NCBI GenBank assembly: GCA_003153015.1
Contig: PMBS01000254.1
Coordinates: forward strand, 9,568-73,567
Direction of reading: 5' to 3'
DNA from: Myxococcales bacterium
Lineage (GTDB): Bacteria; Myxococcota_A; Polyangia; Fen-1088
Length of the DNA: 64,000 nucleotides
Both the position numbers and the translations under genes were made by a program. A model generated the notes under the pieces. It did no database searches. It was given only the letters and a program-made list of their open reading frames with translations, and was not told the origin of the DNA. Positions 16,850 through 26,245 of this stretch are shown piece after piece (within the stretch, counting starts at the first letter, position 1; the number at the start of each line of letters is the position of its first letter).

Positions 16850-19501
16850 CTAGAACTCCAGGCGTGCACCCGCAACCGCAAGTATCGGCAGTCCGATGAT
16901 GTAGCTTCGCTGCTTGTAGTCCTGACTGTAAATAGTCTCCTCGGGATTCTTGCGATTAGTAACGTTTTGCACGTCGATGAACATGCTCAGCTTCGTCCGC
17001 CGCATGACGAATGCCTTTTCGCCACGGAGATCCAGTTGGTAGAAGGCCGGGATGCGAATGGAGTTGTGCGCTCCGAAGACGGGCTCATAGTAGCCGTTTC
17101 TGCCGAGATAGCTGTCCACCACCGGTGTGCGCGGCATCCCGCTGGAGTAGCGAAAACGTCCACCTACCACGAAGTCCCTGCCCAACTCGTAGCTGGCGAG
17201 GAGAGCCAGCACGTGGGTCTGGTCATAGTCGAACAAGCGAAATGCCTGATCAGGATGATCGCGGCGCTCGCTGCGTGACAGGGTGTAGGTCGCCCAGCCG
17301 AAGAAGCCCTTGAACAGTTCCTGTCGAAGCAGAACTTGGAGTCCAAACACGCGACCGGTTCCATCCTGGGCCAGCGCCTGTCCCACTGGCGGGGATGGAC
17401 TTTCGCTGCGTGAGACGAGGTCGTACAGTTTCTTGTAGAAACCCACGGATTCCAAGGTCAAGGTCGGACGCAGCTTGAACGAGAACCCACCGGTCAGGTG
17501 TACGGCATATGACCCCACAATTGACGGGTTGCCGAATACCGGGGACATGTCCGCGGGATCGGGCGGCTGGCCGTATACTCCCGCGCCGCTGGTGAGGGTG
17601 AGCTTGGGGGTAGGTCGCCACGCGATCTGCAAACGCGGATTGGGAAAGTTGCGCAGCACCGGGACGCTAATCGGATTGGGGGGAGCGTCGAGCCGAGAAT
17701 AGCCGACCGGGGGCGCGATATTGCTGAACGGAAGGCGATGATCCCCTTCGATCCAAGTGGGTTCGAAACGCAAGCCCGGCGTCACGGTCCAGTTGCCGAG
17801 CTTGATGTCCACCGTGGCATAGCTGGCCACGCTGAAGACAGTCACGTTCCAGTTGTCGGATGCGGTCTCGGATGGGGGGCGTTGGCCGAAGACGACGATG
17901 TCTCCTTCCCGGGGCGGCTGGTTCACTGAACCGTTCCGGCTGAGTTGGACTTGCTGTCCCTGTACATCCATGCCGACCAAGAGCACCGCCGTCGGATGAA
18001 TGCGCCGGCGCAGACTTCCGCGCAAAGCGTAGGACAAGGTCTGCGTGTCGAGCTGCGTGCTTTCATCGCCGAAAGTGTCTCGCTCGGCATTGTGGTCGAT
18101 GCCCATCGAGGGAGTCACGCGCACGCTGGAGCCATCGTCGAACAAGCGGCTGTAGCTGACGAAGATGCGGCGAAAAGAGGTGTCATTGTTCTGCGTGCGC
18201 AGATCTGCGGGGTCGCTGGCCGGAATGGTTCGTTGCAGGTGATCGTCCGACGCGAGAAAAGTCGCGGCGATCTCCTCGTCCTTGCGCAGGCTCAGGGAGG
18301 CCCGCGCCTGGTAGTCGTCGTAGCGCGGGATAGGAAATGAGTCGCCGATGTCGGCCGAGGTGACTCCCGATATCACGCGGTCGAGGTAGCTGATACGTCC
18401 AGCCACGGCCAAGCGCAGCCGTGGGGTCACTGCGGCTGACACCTCGGCCGAGGTGTCCATGATGTCGCCGGCAACATAGCCGTGCACGCCGGACGGGGGA
18501 AGCTGGCCGAGTTCGATGCGCACCAGACCGCCCAGCCCGCGTCCGTAGTCGGCGCCGTACGCCCCGGGCGAGAGATCGATGGACTTGACCAGATCGGAGT
18601 TCACCGTCGAGCGTAGACCGCCCATGTGGTACAGGCTGGGAATCTCCACCCCCTCAACCACCACCCTGGTCTCCTTGGGCGAGGAGCCCCAGACCACAAG
18701 CTGGCCTGAACCGAAGCTGGCGCGTCCCACCCCCGGCAGGTTCTGCACAACCTTGAGGGTGTCGCCCTGCGTGCCAGGAACCTTGCGCGCCTCTTCGGTG
18801 CGGATGCGGGTTTCCACCGCCTCCTTCTTGATGCGGGCCGCACGTACGATGACTTCCTCGTCGACGTCTTCCTCCCTCTGTTCGACGTAGTACTTCATGG
18901 TGCGCTTCTGGCTCGGCCGGATGGTTTCGTCGGTCAGCACAGTGACGAGCCGCGGATGTCGGATCTCAACCTTGTGCGCGCCAGGAGGCAGATCAGTGAA
19001 CGAGAAGGCCCCGGCCGCATCGGTCTTGGTGGCCAAGTCCAGGTCCTTGATACGCACGGTCACATCGGCCATGGGCTGCTTTTTGAATCGATCCAGAACC
19101 ACGCCCTCGAAGTTCACCTGTGGTCCGAGTGACACCATCTTGGTCACAATGGTGAAGTCGTAGCGGTAAGTGATCTTGACGGGAATGGCTTGTCCTCCGG
19201 CCTCCGCCGGGGTGAAGAGGAACTGCCGGGCAGCAGCAACCGCGGCGCTGTCGAAATCGGACCCGCCGCTTTCGACAACCTCGACCCCGCCCACCTTGCC
19301 GTCGTCCCCCACCTCGATCGAAAGCAGCACGCGTGCGGTGATGCCGGCGTCGTGCTTGTCCTTGGGGTATTCGGCCGGGACGAAATGAATCAGGCGCGGG
19401 GGCTTGGTGATGGCGACCGTTTCATCGGCACGCGAAGGCCCCGGGCAGACCGGGAACCCGGCGCCCACCAGAGCGGCCACAAAGACAAGGCGGTGGTGCA
19501 A
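16850..19501 (-). CDS. TonB-dependent receptor-like outer-membrane protein with N-terminal TonB-C-like domain and carboxypeptidase-regulatory-like domain
   Basis: 883 aa with signal peptide. The TonB_C signature (AEYPKDK...ARVLLSIEVGDDGKV...SGGSDFDSAAVAAARQFLFTPAE...PVKITYRYDF) is followed by a CarboxypepD_reg-like beta-sandwich, a plug-domain motif (GTQGDTLKVVQNLPGVGR) and a long barrel ending in C-terminal Phe. Confidence 0.8.
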   Translation of the reverse strand: MHHRLVFVAALVGAGFPVCPGPSRADETVAITKPPRLIHFVPAEYPKDKHDAGITARVLLSIEVGDDGKVGGVEVVESGGSDFDSAAVAAARQFLFTPAEAGGQAIPVKITYRYDFTIVTKMVSLGPQVNFEGVVLDRFKKQPMADVTVRIKDLDLATKTDAAGAFSFTDLPPGAHKVEIRHPRLVTVLTDETIRPSQKRTMKYYVEQREEDVDEEVIVRAARIKKEAVETRIRTEEARKVPGTQGDTLKVVQNLPGVGRASFGSGQLVVWGSSPKETRVVVEGVEIPSLYHMGGLRSTVNSDLVKSIDLSPGAYGADYGRGLGGLVRIELGQLPPSGVHGYVAGDIMDTSAEVSAAVTPRLRLAVAGRISYLDRVISGVTSADIGDSFPIPRYDDYQARASLSLRKDEEIAATFLASDDHLQRTIPASDPADLRTQNNDTSFRRIFVSYSRLFDDGSSVRVTPSMGIDHNAERDTFGDESTQLDTQTLSYALRGSLRRRIHPTAVLLVGMDVQGQQVQLSRNGSVNQPPREGDIVVFGQRPPSETASDNWNVTVFSVASYATVDIKLGNWTVTPGLRFEPTWIEGDHRLPFSNIAPPVGYSRLDAPPNPISVPVLRNFPNPRLQIAWRPTPKLTLTSGAGVYGQPPDPADMSPVFGNPSIVGSYAVHLTGGFSFKLRPTLTLESVGFYKKLYDLVSRSESPSPPVGQALAQDGTGRVFGLQVLLRQELFKGFFGWATYTLSRSERRDHPDQAFRLFDYDQTHVLALLASYELGRDFVVGGRFRYSSGMPRTPVVDSYLGRNGYYEPVFGAHNSIRIPAFYQLDLRGEKAFVMRRTKLSMFIDVQNVTNRKNPEETIYSQDYKQRSYIIGLPILAVAGARLEF

Positions 19502-20236
19502 TCAATCCCCCAGCTCAAAACGGCGGGCCAAGACATAGGTCCCTCCCGCGACCGGCTTGCCACAGGCCATGGCTGGCCGGAAGCGCCACTGTTTGACCGC
19601 GGCCACCGCGGCCGCGTCGAGTTCGGGGGAGACGCTGGCCAGCACCTCGACCGCCATCACCGAGCCGTCCGCGCCGACCACGATCTTCAGCTTGAGCTTG
19701 CCTTCGATCCCCTCGGAGCGTGCTGCAGCCGTGTACTCGATCTCGGTCTTGAATACGGGCTCAGGCTTGGAAGGCTCGTCCGTGCAGCGCTCCTCGATGT
19801 TCGGCCCTGCCCCCAGCTCCTGGCGCTGGCGGTGGTGATGCGCCTCGGGTTCGAAGGTGGCCACCTTGGTGGGCGCCACGGCCTGGGGGGCCCGCACGAT
19901 CGGGATTGCCACGGCATCGCCGATATCCTCGTTGCTCATGGCGATCTCGGTCGGCATGACCATGGTAGCCACCTTGGCTGCCGCAACTGGGGCCGCGACC
20001 GGCATGAGCTTGGGCGCGGCCGCGAGTTTCTGCTCCTTCGGCTTCGCATCCACCTTGGCCAGCTTGGGCGGAGCCTTGGGCTTGAGCGGCGCCTCCTTCT
20101 TCTTCTTCTTCTTGGCCTCCTCCTGCAACTGCACAACGTAGGTCTTGCCCGAGGCGCGGTGTTGCGATGCCGTGAGCAGGGCAAACGCAAACCCGGCGTG
20201 AATGACCATCGAAATAGCGACCGTGGACTTCTTCAC
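19502..20236 (-). CDS. tonB: TonB family energy transducer
   Basis: N-terminal TM, Lys/Pro/Ala-rich spacer, C-terminal TonB_C domain. Confidence 0.75.
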   Translation of the reverse strand: MKKSTVAISMVIHAGFAFALLTASQHRASGKTYVVQLQEEAKKKKKKEAPLKPKAPPKLAKVDAKPKEQKLAAAPKLMPVAAPVAAAKVATMVMPTEIAMSNEDIGDAVAIPIVRAPQAVAPTKVATFEPEAHHHRQRQELGAGPNIEERCTDEPSKPEPVFKTEIEYTAAARSEGIEGKLKLKIVVGADGSVMAVEVLASVSPELDAAAVAAVKQWRFRPAMACGKPVAGGTYVLARRFELGD

Positions 20237-20280
20237 GGCAAGACCTCACGACTGGGCAGCAAGTGGCAGAGCAATGTCCG

Positions 20281-20700
20281 CTACTCGCCTCCCACCTGCA
20301 TGACGTTGATTGCGAACTTTGTGACACCGGCGACTTTGGCGAGATCCATGACGTGAACCACCTGGCCGTGGGCCGCCTCTTTGTCAGCGCTGATGACCAC
20401 GCTGATTTCCGGATCGGCCGCCACCACCTCCTTCATGTGGCCTCCCAATTCTTGTTCGGTGACCGGCTGTTCGTTCCAGCGCAGCTCTCCATTCTTGAAC
20501 AACTGCACGGTGTTGGGCTTTTCCGCGGTGCCGTCGCTCATCTTTGCCCTGGGCAGGCTGACCTTCAGGGTCTGCGCCACGATGTATGTCGACGCCACCA
20601 TCAGGATGACCAACAACACCAGGCATACATCGACCAGCGGGGTCACATTGATGGCGGAAATCGTCTTGGCCCGCCCCACACCTGCCATCGTGCCAGCCAT
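20281..20700 (-). CDS. exbD: biopolymer transport protein ExbD/TolR
   Basis: 139 aa with single TM (INVTPLVDVCLVLLVILMV) and ExbD periplasmic domain. Confidence 0.8.
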   Translation of the reverse strand: MAGTMAGVGRAKTISAINVTPLVDVCLVLLVILMVASTYIVAQTLKVSLPRAKMSDGTAEKPNTVQLFKNGELRWNEQPVTEQELGGHMKEVVAADPEISVVISADKEAAHGQVVHVMDLAKVAGVTKFAINVMQVGGE

Positions 20701-21437
20701 CAGCCATTCACCTCGGCCGGGCGCAGCCTGGGAGACTCCCCGATCTCATCCAGCGCGGCAGCTGATGCCTTGTGCGTGTTCTTCGGGTTCCTGGTCGACT
20801 TCATGACCGCCAAGACCTGATTGGCGAGGGCGGCCGAGTTTTCTTCGATGTCATTGCACTTCTTCTGGAACAGGTTGAAGGCGACCACCGCGGGAATGGC
20901 GACCAAGATGCCGATGGCGGTGGCGATGAGGGCCTCGGAGATGCCGCTCATCACGTTGCCCATGCCGCCCGCGCCACCCGCGGCGGCCATGTTGGCCGAG
21001 GCAGCCCCCAATTCCTTGAAAGCCGCAACCACGCCGAGCACAGTGCCGAACAGGCCAATGAATGGGGCGTTGTTGCCCAGGGTGCCGAGGAATATGAGCC
21101 CGCTCTCGAAGACCTTGCGGCGTTGGCGGATGCCTTTCTGCACGATCTCCTGCAGGGAATCGGGACCGTCGGCGTAGTAGTCCAGGGCGTCGCGCAGGAT
21201 CTCGGCCTCGACGGCCCGCATTTCCTCCAGCTCCCGCTTGGCACCGGCCACATCCCCGGCGCGCAGTCGCTTAGCCAACGCATTGCCGGTCGCGATCATG
21301 TCCAGGCGCCGCTTGCGGAAGTACCACCAGCGCTCGATCACCACGCCGACCGAATAGACCGACAGCGCGAGCAGAATGTAGAGGACCGCGGCAGCCCCGG
21401 TTTGGGCAACAAATACCAGTTTGTGCATCAGCAGCAT
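20700..21437 (-). CDS. exbB: MotA/TolQ/ExbB proton-channel protein
   Basis: 245 aa, three TM segments, conserved C-terminal TM2/3 region (GLIFLGTLGNNAPFIGLFGTVLGV...SEALIATAIGILVAIPAV). Confidence 0.8.
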   Translation of the reverse strand: MLLMHKLVFVAQTGAAAVLYILLALSVYSVGVVIERWWYFRKRRLDMIATGNALAKRLRAGDVAGAKRELEEMRAVEAEILRDALDYYADGPDSLQEIVQKGIRQRRKVFESGLIFLGTLGNNAPFIGLFGTVLGVVAAFKELGAASANMAAAGGAGGMGNVMSGISEALIATAIGILVAIPAVVAFNLFQKKCNDIEENSAALANQVLAVMKSTRNPKNTHKASAAALDEIGESPRLRPAEVNG

Positions 21438-21453
21438 GGGTCACCTTTCCTTT

Positions 21454-22374
21454 TTAGTAGTCAAACACCTGCGCCTGTACTCCCGCCCCCTGTCCGTGGG
21501 GAAAACGTGTGTCGAGATCGGTCGATTGTCCGGAAGCTTGCAACAGGGGGTCGACCCCGTTGTTGGTGAAGACGCGAACCAGCCAGCGCGCGGTGGTCTC
21601 GGCGCACAGAGAGAAAGTGTCGACGCGCACGATGTAGCGTCCATTGGGAGCCGTGGTGGGGAAGATCACATTCTCCGCCCGGCGCCCGTCGATCACACAC
21701 GTGCTGTTGGAGTCGAAATCGAGGTAGCCCGCCTGCTTTCCGTCGTCGACACTCGCGCCGACTGTCCCGAGCGGCAGACCAGATGGCTTTCGCGACCAGA
21801 TCTCGTTTACCCCTGCATCCCCATCGCTGGGCAACTGCACGTGCAGGTCGAGATCGGCTTCAGTGTCCCAATCCAGGCTGATGACCAGGGCGCCCGCGGT
21901 CCGCGGCTGGTCCATGGTCATCGGTTGCAACCTCGCCGGCCCCACCTGTCCATCGCGCGTGGTGGCGCGAAAGGCCAGAAACAGATTGCCGGCGTCCCCT
22001 CCAGAGGGCGTTCGCGGGGAGAAGGACGCAGAGAATGAAAAGGTGTAGTTGCCGGTGACGTTATAGTCGATGTCCTGCACGGGCACGACCCAGTGACCCA
22101 CGTCGCCCTGCAACCCAACGAGCACCGCGGTCGAGTTGGGGCCGACGCTGCCCGATATCTTCTTGTTGGCAACGCCCGGGAATAGGTTGGGGTTTTGCAT
22201 CGTTATATTTGCGACTGCTGGCGCAGGATCGCGATCGATGGTGTCAATGGGACCAGGAATGTATTGCGCGCCCTGGATCCTGAACAGCGCCTGCTGGCCA
22301 GAACTCGGGTCAGTGCCGGAACAGCCCCCGCAGAGCAGTCCAGCCGCAAGAAGACTGAGCGCGAGAGGGCGCAT
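21454..22374 (-). CDS. lipoprotein of unknown function (paralog of 49919..50860)
   Basis: Lipobox LLCGGC; shares motifs (ALVISLDWD..DLDLHVQ, YIVRVD.FSLC) with the cassette-B paralog. Confidence 0.65.
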   Translation of the reverse strand: MRPLALSLLAAGLLCGGCSGTDPSSGQQALFRIQGAQYIPGPIDTIDRDPAPAVANITMQNPNLFPGVANKKISGSVGPNSTAVLVGLQGDVGHWVVPVQDIDYNVTGNYTFSFSASFSPRTPSGGDAGNLFLAFRATTRDGQVGPARLQPMTMDQPRTAGALVISLDWDTEADLDLHVQLPSDGDAGVNEIWSRKPSGLPLGTVGASVDDGKQAGYLDFDSNSTCVIDGRRAENVIFPTTAPNGRYIVRVDTFSLCAETTARWLVRVFTNNGVDPLLQASGQSTDLDTRFPHGQGAGVQAQVFDY

Positions 22375-24056
22375 CAGAAGGCGACCTCCGTGCGCAGGGT
22401 GAACGCGTTGTTCTTCAAATCCGCCGGCATGCCACTGGCATTCCGGCCCTGGTTATCGAACACCCAGTCGTACTGGGCCACCAGCCGGCCGGACAGCGCA
22501 CCCGCCTTTCCGATCAACGCAACTGCCGCCGACACCGTCGAAATCGCCTGGCTGGAGGGAACCAGCACCCCTGCCTGGCGGTCGGTGCTGTCCAAGTCGG
22601 GATTGTAGTAGTCGTAGCGCAATCCCAGCTTGAAATGCCGGCCCAGCTCCTGGACAGCAGCCACGTAGTAGCCCCACTCGCGCAGATCGCGACCGAGCGG
22701 ACCATAGGGATCGGCAATCAAGAATCCCCGATCCAGATTGTTGGCACGGGCAAGCTCGGCGTAAATCGTTGTGCTGGCGTTGTTCCAATAGCGCAGCGAA
22801 ACCAGAGCATCTACGCCAATCGCATTGCGGCTGAAGTTCTGCGATGGCTGACCCGAGGTTCCTGGCGACACGATCAACTCGTTGGAATCGTACCGGCCGT
22901 TCTCGTTGAGATCCTGCCAAGTCAAAGTCGGTTTTGTGGGAGGCGCTCCCTTGTGGAATCCCTTGCCGGTCAGGCCCGAGAATCCCGCCTGGACCGACAC
23001 CTCGTCCGAGATTTGGGACACAATCCCAAGTCGCCCTGTGATGTCTTTGGCCTGGTTGGGATCGCGCACGGGGAAGGTGTTCTCGCCTAGCGGCTCGCCG
23101 TTCTGCACCGCTAGGGCATAGCGAACGAAGCGCCAGCCGCCTGACAGTCGCAGCCCCAGGTCGTACTCGCCCGGGAAAAGCGCCCTCACAAAGGCGCTGC
23201 GTTCGGCGAAGAGCCTGTCACGATCGCTCTGCAGCACCTCGAAGCCGAACGGAATCTTGAAAAGTCCTGCGGTCAGGCCCACCAGCGGGATGGAACCACC
23301 CGGCCATTTGACCGTGGCCTCCACATTCATGGGCCGCACCTGGGCACCGTTGACTGTGTTGGCGTCGATCTCGACGACTCCGGCGAAATACCTCTGGTCC
23401 ACCGCCGTGCTCAGGCGCGCGCGACGGAGCAGGAATCGATTGTCATTCAGCGGGGCGCCGGTGGAGGTATTGAGCTGGTCTTCTGAAGTCTGCCTTACGT
23501 TGAGATCGGCCTGCACAAAGCCAGAAATCGTGAGCCATTCTAGTCTTGTCAGGCGAGGGTCGGCCTTCACCGCAACTTCGACTTCAGCGCGCGCGTTGGC
23601 CTGGGCACGCGCCTCGGCTGCCTTGCGCTCCGCCTGCTCCTCGGTCAGCTTGCGCTGGAATTCCTCGCGCAGGCTGGCCAGCTCGGCGCGTTGCTGCGCC
23701 AACTGGGCGGCAATGTCCTCCGTCTCTCTGCGAGGCTCGTCGCTGGTTGTCGGAGGGTTGTCGGCCGGAACCGGATCCGGCACCTGGGCAAAAGGGGGAG
23801 TCTGCCCAAGTGCCGGTCTCGCAAGCGCGAGCGGTGCCCCAGCGCAAAGCAGTCCCAGAACCAGGGCCCGCTTCTTTGGCCAGCCGAGTCGTAGCCAGAT
23901 GGGCGCGGCTGGCTTGCGGAAAACGCTAGGGTACACCGTTGCTTCTCTCGAATCTACATGGCCGAGCAGCTTGGATAGGCGATCGGCGGATTGGGACCGG
24001 GATCGAGCGCGGATACAGTGGACGGCACGGGCGCGTTGATGATGGCAACGTGGCAT
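22374..24056 (-). CDS. outer-membrane beta-barrel porin-like protein with N-terminal coiled-coil (possibly phosphate-selective porin O/P family); start uncertain
   Basis: Charged coiled-coil region followed by alternating beta-strand pattern, ending in terminal Phe (LRTEVAF). Paralog of 48336..49919. The annotated ATG overlaps the upstream small lipoprotein by ~100 nt, so the true start is probably a non-ATG codon near 23956. Confidence 0.55.
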   Translation of the reverse strand: MPRCHHQRARAVHCIRARSRSQSADRLSKLLGHVDSREATVYPSVFRKPAAPIWLRLGWPKKRALVLGLLCAGAPLALARPALGQTPPFAQVPDPVPADNPPTTSDEPRRETEDIAAQLAQQRAELASLREEFQRKLTEEQAERKAAEARAQANARAEVEVAVKADPRLTRLEWLTISGFVQADLNVRQTSEDQLNTSTGAPLNDNRFLLRRARLSTAVDQRYFAGVVEIDANTVNGAQVRPMNVEATVKWPGGSIPLVGLTAGLFKIPFGFEVLQSDRDRLFAERSAFVRALFPGEYDLGLRLSGGWRFVRYALAVQNGEPLGENTFPVRDPNQAKDITGRLGIVSQISDEVSVQAGFSGLTGKGFHKGAPPTKPTLTWQDLNENGRYDSNELIVSPGTSGQPSQNFSRNAIGVDALVSLRYWNNASTTIYAELARANNLDRGFLIADPYGPLGRDLREWGYYVAAVQELGRHFKLGLRYDYYNPDLDSTDRQAGVLVPSSQAISTVSAAVALIGKAGALSGRLVAQYDWVFDNQGRNASGMPADLKNNAFTLRTEVAF

Positions 24057-24385
24057 TGATCCACAGTCAGGCCGGTGCAGATGTCGACTGTAGGCCCGCC
24101 GTCGTTGGGAGTGACGGCGGGAACGTCCGTCCCGGTGACCATGTCAGAAGCGCCGTCTGGCGGGCTGATGGAGGGGCCGTCCACGCTCGCATCCGCCACA
24201 GCGCCACCCATTCCACCCGCGGCATCAATGCCAGCTCCACCGGAGCCAGAAACGCCGCCCGTGGCGATCGCACCGCCGCTGCCGATGCTCGCGACGTCTG
24301 TGTTATTGGTGCTGCTGCAAGCAACCCAGCCGGCCAGTACCAGTACCAGTGCCAGTGCCAGTGTAGAAGTCTTATAGAGATTCAT
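23954..24385 (-). CDS. small Gly/Ala-rich lipoprotein
   Basis: Signal peptide with lipobox (LAGWVAC); same position as the 88-aa lipoprotein 48073..48336 in cassette B. Confidence 0.5.
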   Translation of the reverse strand: MNLYKTSTLALALVLVLAGWVACSSTNNTDVASIGSGGAIATGGVSGSGGAGIDAAGGMGGAVADASVDGPSISPPDGASDMVTGTDVPAVTPNDGGPTVDICTGLTVDQCHVAIINAPVPSTVSALDPGPNPPIAYPSCSAM

Positions 24386-25665
24386 TGTGCATTTCCTCCA
24401 ATAGGCGACTCACAATAACCGGTCTGGCAGCGGGTGCCAGGCACCGTCGTACAGTCAGCATCGCTGGTACAATGGGTGGTGCAGGTGCCAGGCGCCGACT
24501 GCACCAACTTGGCCGCCTCGAAGGCGCAGGTGCAGGAAACCTGTGGGTGGTAGGGCGAGAACTTGCCGCCGTCCTTGTCGATCTTGACCTTCATGGCGCA
24601 CTGGGGAACGTCGCCCCCGAGCGCGACCGTATTGACATACTTGATGTTCTGGGTGTCGGTGGGGTCGATGGGCACAGCACCGGTCAGCCAGTCGATAACC
24701 AATTTCGCATTGGCCGCGGGCGCCGGGGCCCCGCCGTCGGTCGCGACCAACGGAACGAAGAAATGCAGGGGGCCCTGGATCATGTAGTGGCCGTCGCGAA
24801 CATTCTTCAGGTCAGTGGCAATGGCAGTCGAGTCGGGGTAGTAGGCCTTGGTCTGCCCGATGCCGCGAAAGGCAACCGCGTTGAGATTGGCCCTCTGGCC
24901 CGCGTAGATGTCCGCGGCCACGAAGCCGATCCCATTTTGCTGATAGTTCGGATTCAGGAGAGATTGCACCATGACGCCGCTTGATCCGTTTGGAGCGCCC
25001 TTGAATGCGCTTTCCGGGACGCCGATGTTCCTGGCAACGAGAATCTGGGTGCCTGAGGTCTGGCTACGCTGCTGAATGGCGTTCTCGTTGGCGAAAGGGG
25101 GAACCCCGCTTTGGGTGCCGCAGCCCCAGATGGCAGCGGCCTGTTGGGAGGAGAGTGCCGTGGTGGTGTAGTTGGCCTTGGGCACGACGATGAGCATCGC
25201 CTGCTCCGGACCGGCCCATTCCCCGATGTTGGCGGGCTTGTCAACGTTCTGGCATGAGGAAAAGGCGACGTCGGAAACCCCGATGGCGGCAAAGGTATTG
25301 TTAGATAGGGTACATGAGTTTTGCACCACCTTGGTGCTATCCGTGGGGTCGGCAGTGTAGTAGTGGGGCGTGGTCGACAGCGGACTCAGGACTGGATTGT
25401 CCGGAGAGGGAGAAACCGCGAGCACGCCGTTACACGAAGAGATGGGGGAATAGATGATGGAGATCCCCTGCTTCGCTTTGATCTGCACCGCGAGCTGGCC
25501 GAGGATGGGCTCGAAAGCGCTGCTGCCCGCCATGTAGACGGGGTTGCCCAGCACGGTGGTGTCGGCGCAAGCCACCGTGGTTGAGCCCTGGGCCAGGGCG
25601 GTGGACGCAGCAAGGAGAAATCCTGCCGCGCCCGTCAAAGCTACGATCTGTTTTCTGTAGGTCAT
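24382..25665 (-). CDS. divergent PstS-like (PBP_like_2) substrate-binding protein with Cys-rich C-terminal extension
   Basis: Signal peptide; periplasmic-binding-fold motifs (YMAGSSAFEPIL, ISIIY, GVSDVAFSS); Cys-rich tail (CTCAFEAAKL..CTTHCTSDADCTT..CQTGYC). Paralog of 46781..48046. Confidence 0.6.
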   Translation of the reverse strand: MTYRKQIVALTGAAGFLLAASTALAQGSTTVACADTTVLGNPVYMAGSSAFEPILGQLAVQIKAKQGISIIYSPISSCNGVLAVSPSPDNPVLSPLSTTPHYYTADPTDSTKVVQNSCTLSNNTFAAIGVSDVAFSSCQNVDKPANIGEWAGPEQAMLIVVPKANYTTTALSSQQAAAIWGCGTQSGVPPFANENAIQQRSQTSGTQILVARNIGVPESAFKGAPNGSSGVMVQSLLNPNYQQNGIGFVAADIYAGQRANLNAVAFRGIGQTKAYYPDSTAIATDLKNVRDGHYMIQGPLHFFVPLVATDGGAPAPAANAKLVIDWLTGAVPIDPTDTQNIKYVNTVALGGDVPQCAMKVKIDKDGGKFSPYHPQVSCTCAFEAAKLVQSAPGTCTTHCTSDADCTTVPGTRCQTGYCESPIGGNAQ

Positions 25666-25742
25666 GGCAATCCTGCCTCCATTTCAGACCCGGCAAACCC
25701 GGGCCGCGGTGGGACCATAGCGAGATACCCGGCGAGCGACTG

Positions 25743-25781
25743 CGACGGATTTGCGTCGGATTTGTGACGGAAGCGCAACAG
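25743..25781. promoter_or_regulatory. 11-bp phased direct repeats (minus-strand GTCACAAATCC GACGCAAATCC GTCGC)
   Basis: Lies ~80-115 bp upstream of the cassette-A PstS-like gene start, in the divergent region shared with the small MYXO-CTERM ORF. Confidence 0.4.
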
Positions 25782-25928
25782 AAGAGACTACGGAGCTTGG
25801 GACGCAGTGCGAGTGGTCAACCTAGCCGGGAGTGTCGCGCAACGGTCGCGAATGGTTTGCCGAGACTTGGCAACCCTGCACCCAATTGCAGCGCGGGCAA
25901 TCTGCCTCCCGCCATCACGCAGGCTACG

Positions 25929-26171
25929 ATGTATGTCTCGGTCGCCACGCCCAGCGGGGAGGCCGAGTTGCGCAGCTTGTCGCCTGACGACATGCAGGGC
26001 GCGTGCGAAGTCTATCCCATCGCCAACAACTTCGTCTGCCTCCCTCCGTCTGGATCCGGGTCGACCTCAGGAGGATGTTCATACGCGAGGCAGCCAAGGG
26101 GTGACTCCATCGCCGGTGCGCTCGCGCTCCTCGCGCTGGCCCTGGTGTTCCGCGCTCGGCGCTCAGACTAG
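25929..26171 (+). CDS. small ORF ending in a MYXO-CTERM-like sorting tail (GGCS...RGD..AGALALLALALVFRARRSD)
   Basis: C-terminus has Cys motif, hydrophobic helix and Arg cluster typical of the myxobacterial MYXO-CTERM signal. No N-terminal signal peptide from this ATG, so the true start may be elsewhere. Confidence 0.3.
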   Translation: MYVSVATPSGEAELRSLSPDDMQGACEVYPIANNFVCLPPSGSGSTSGGCSYARQPRGDSIAGALALLALALVFRARRSD

Positions 26172-26245
26172 GCGAAGGGTCGCTGGATCATGGCGGCGGG
26201 CAGTCCGCCAGCGCTTCTTTCGTCCGCGCGCTGACTGCCCCACCC

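Noticed and set aside
22374-24056. ATG at 24056 as the true start of the cassette-A porin
   Set aside because: It would create a ~100-nt same-strand overlap with the upstream small lipoprotein gene, whereas the cassette-B paralogs are coupled by a 1-nt overlap. The true start is probably a non-ATG codon near 23956, so the boundary is flagged as uncertain.
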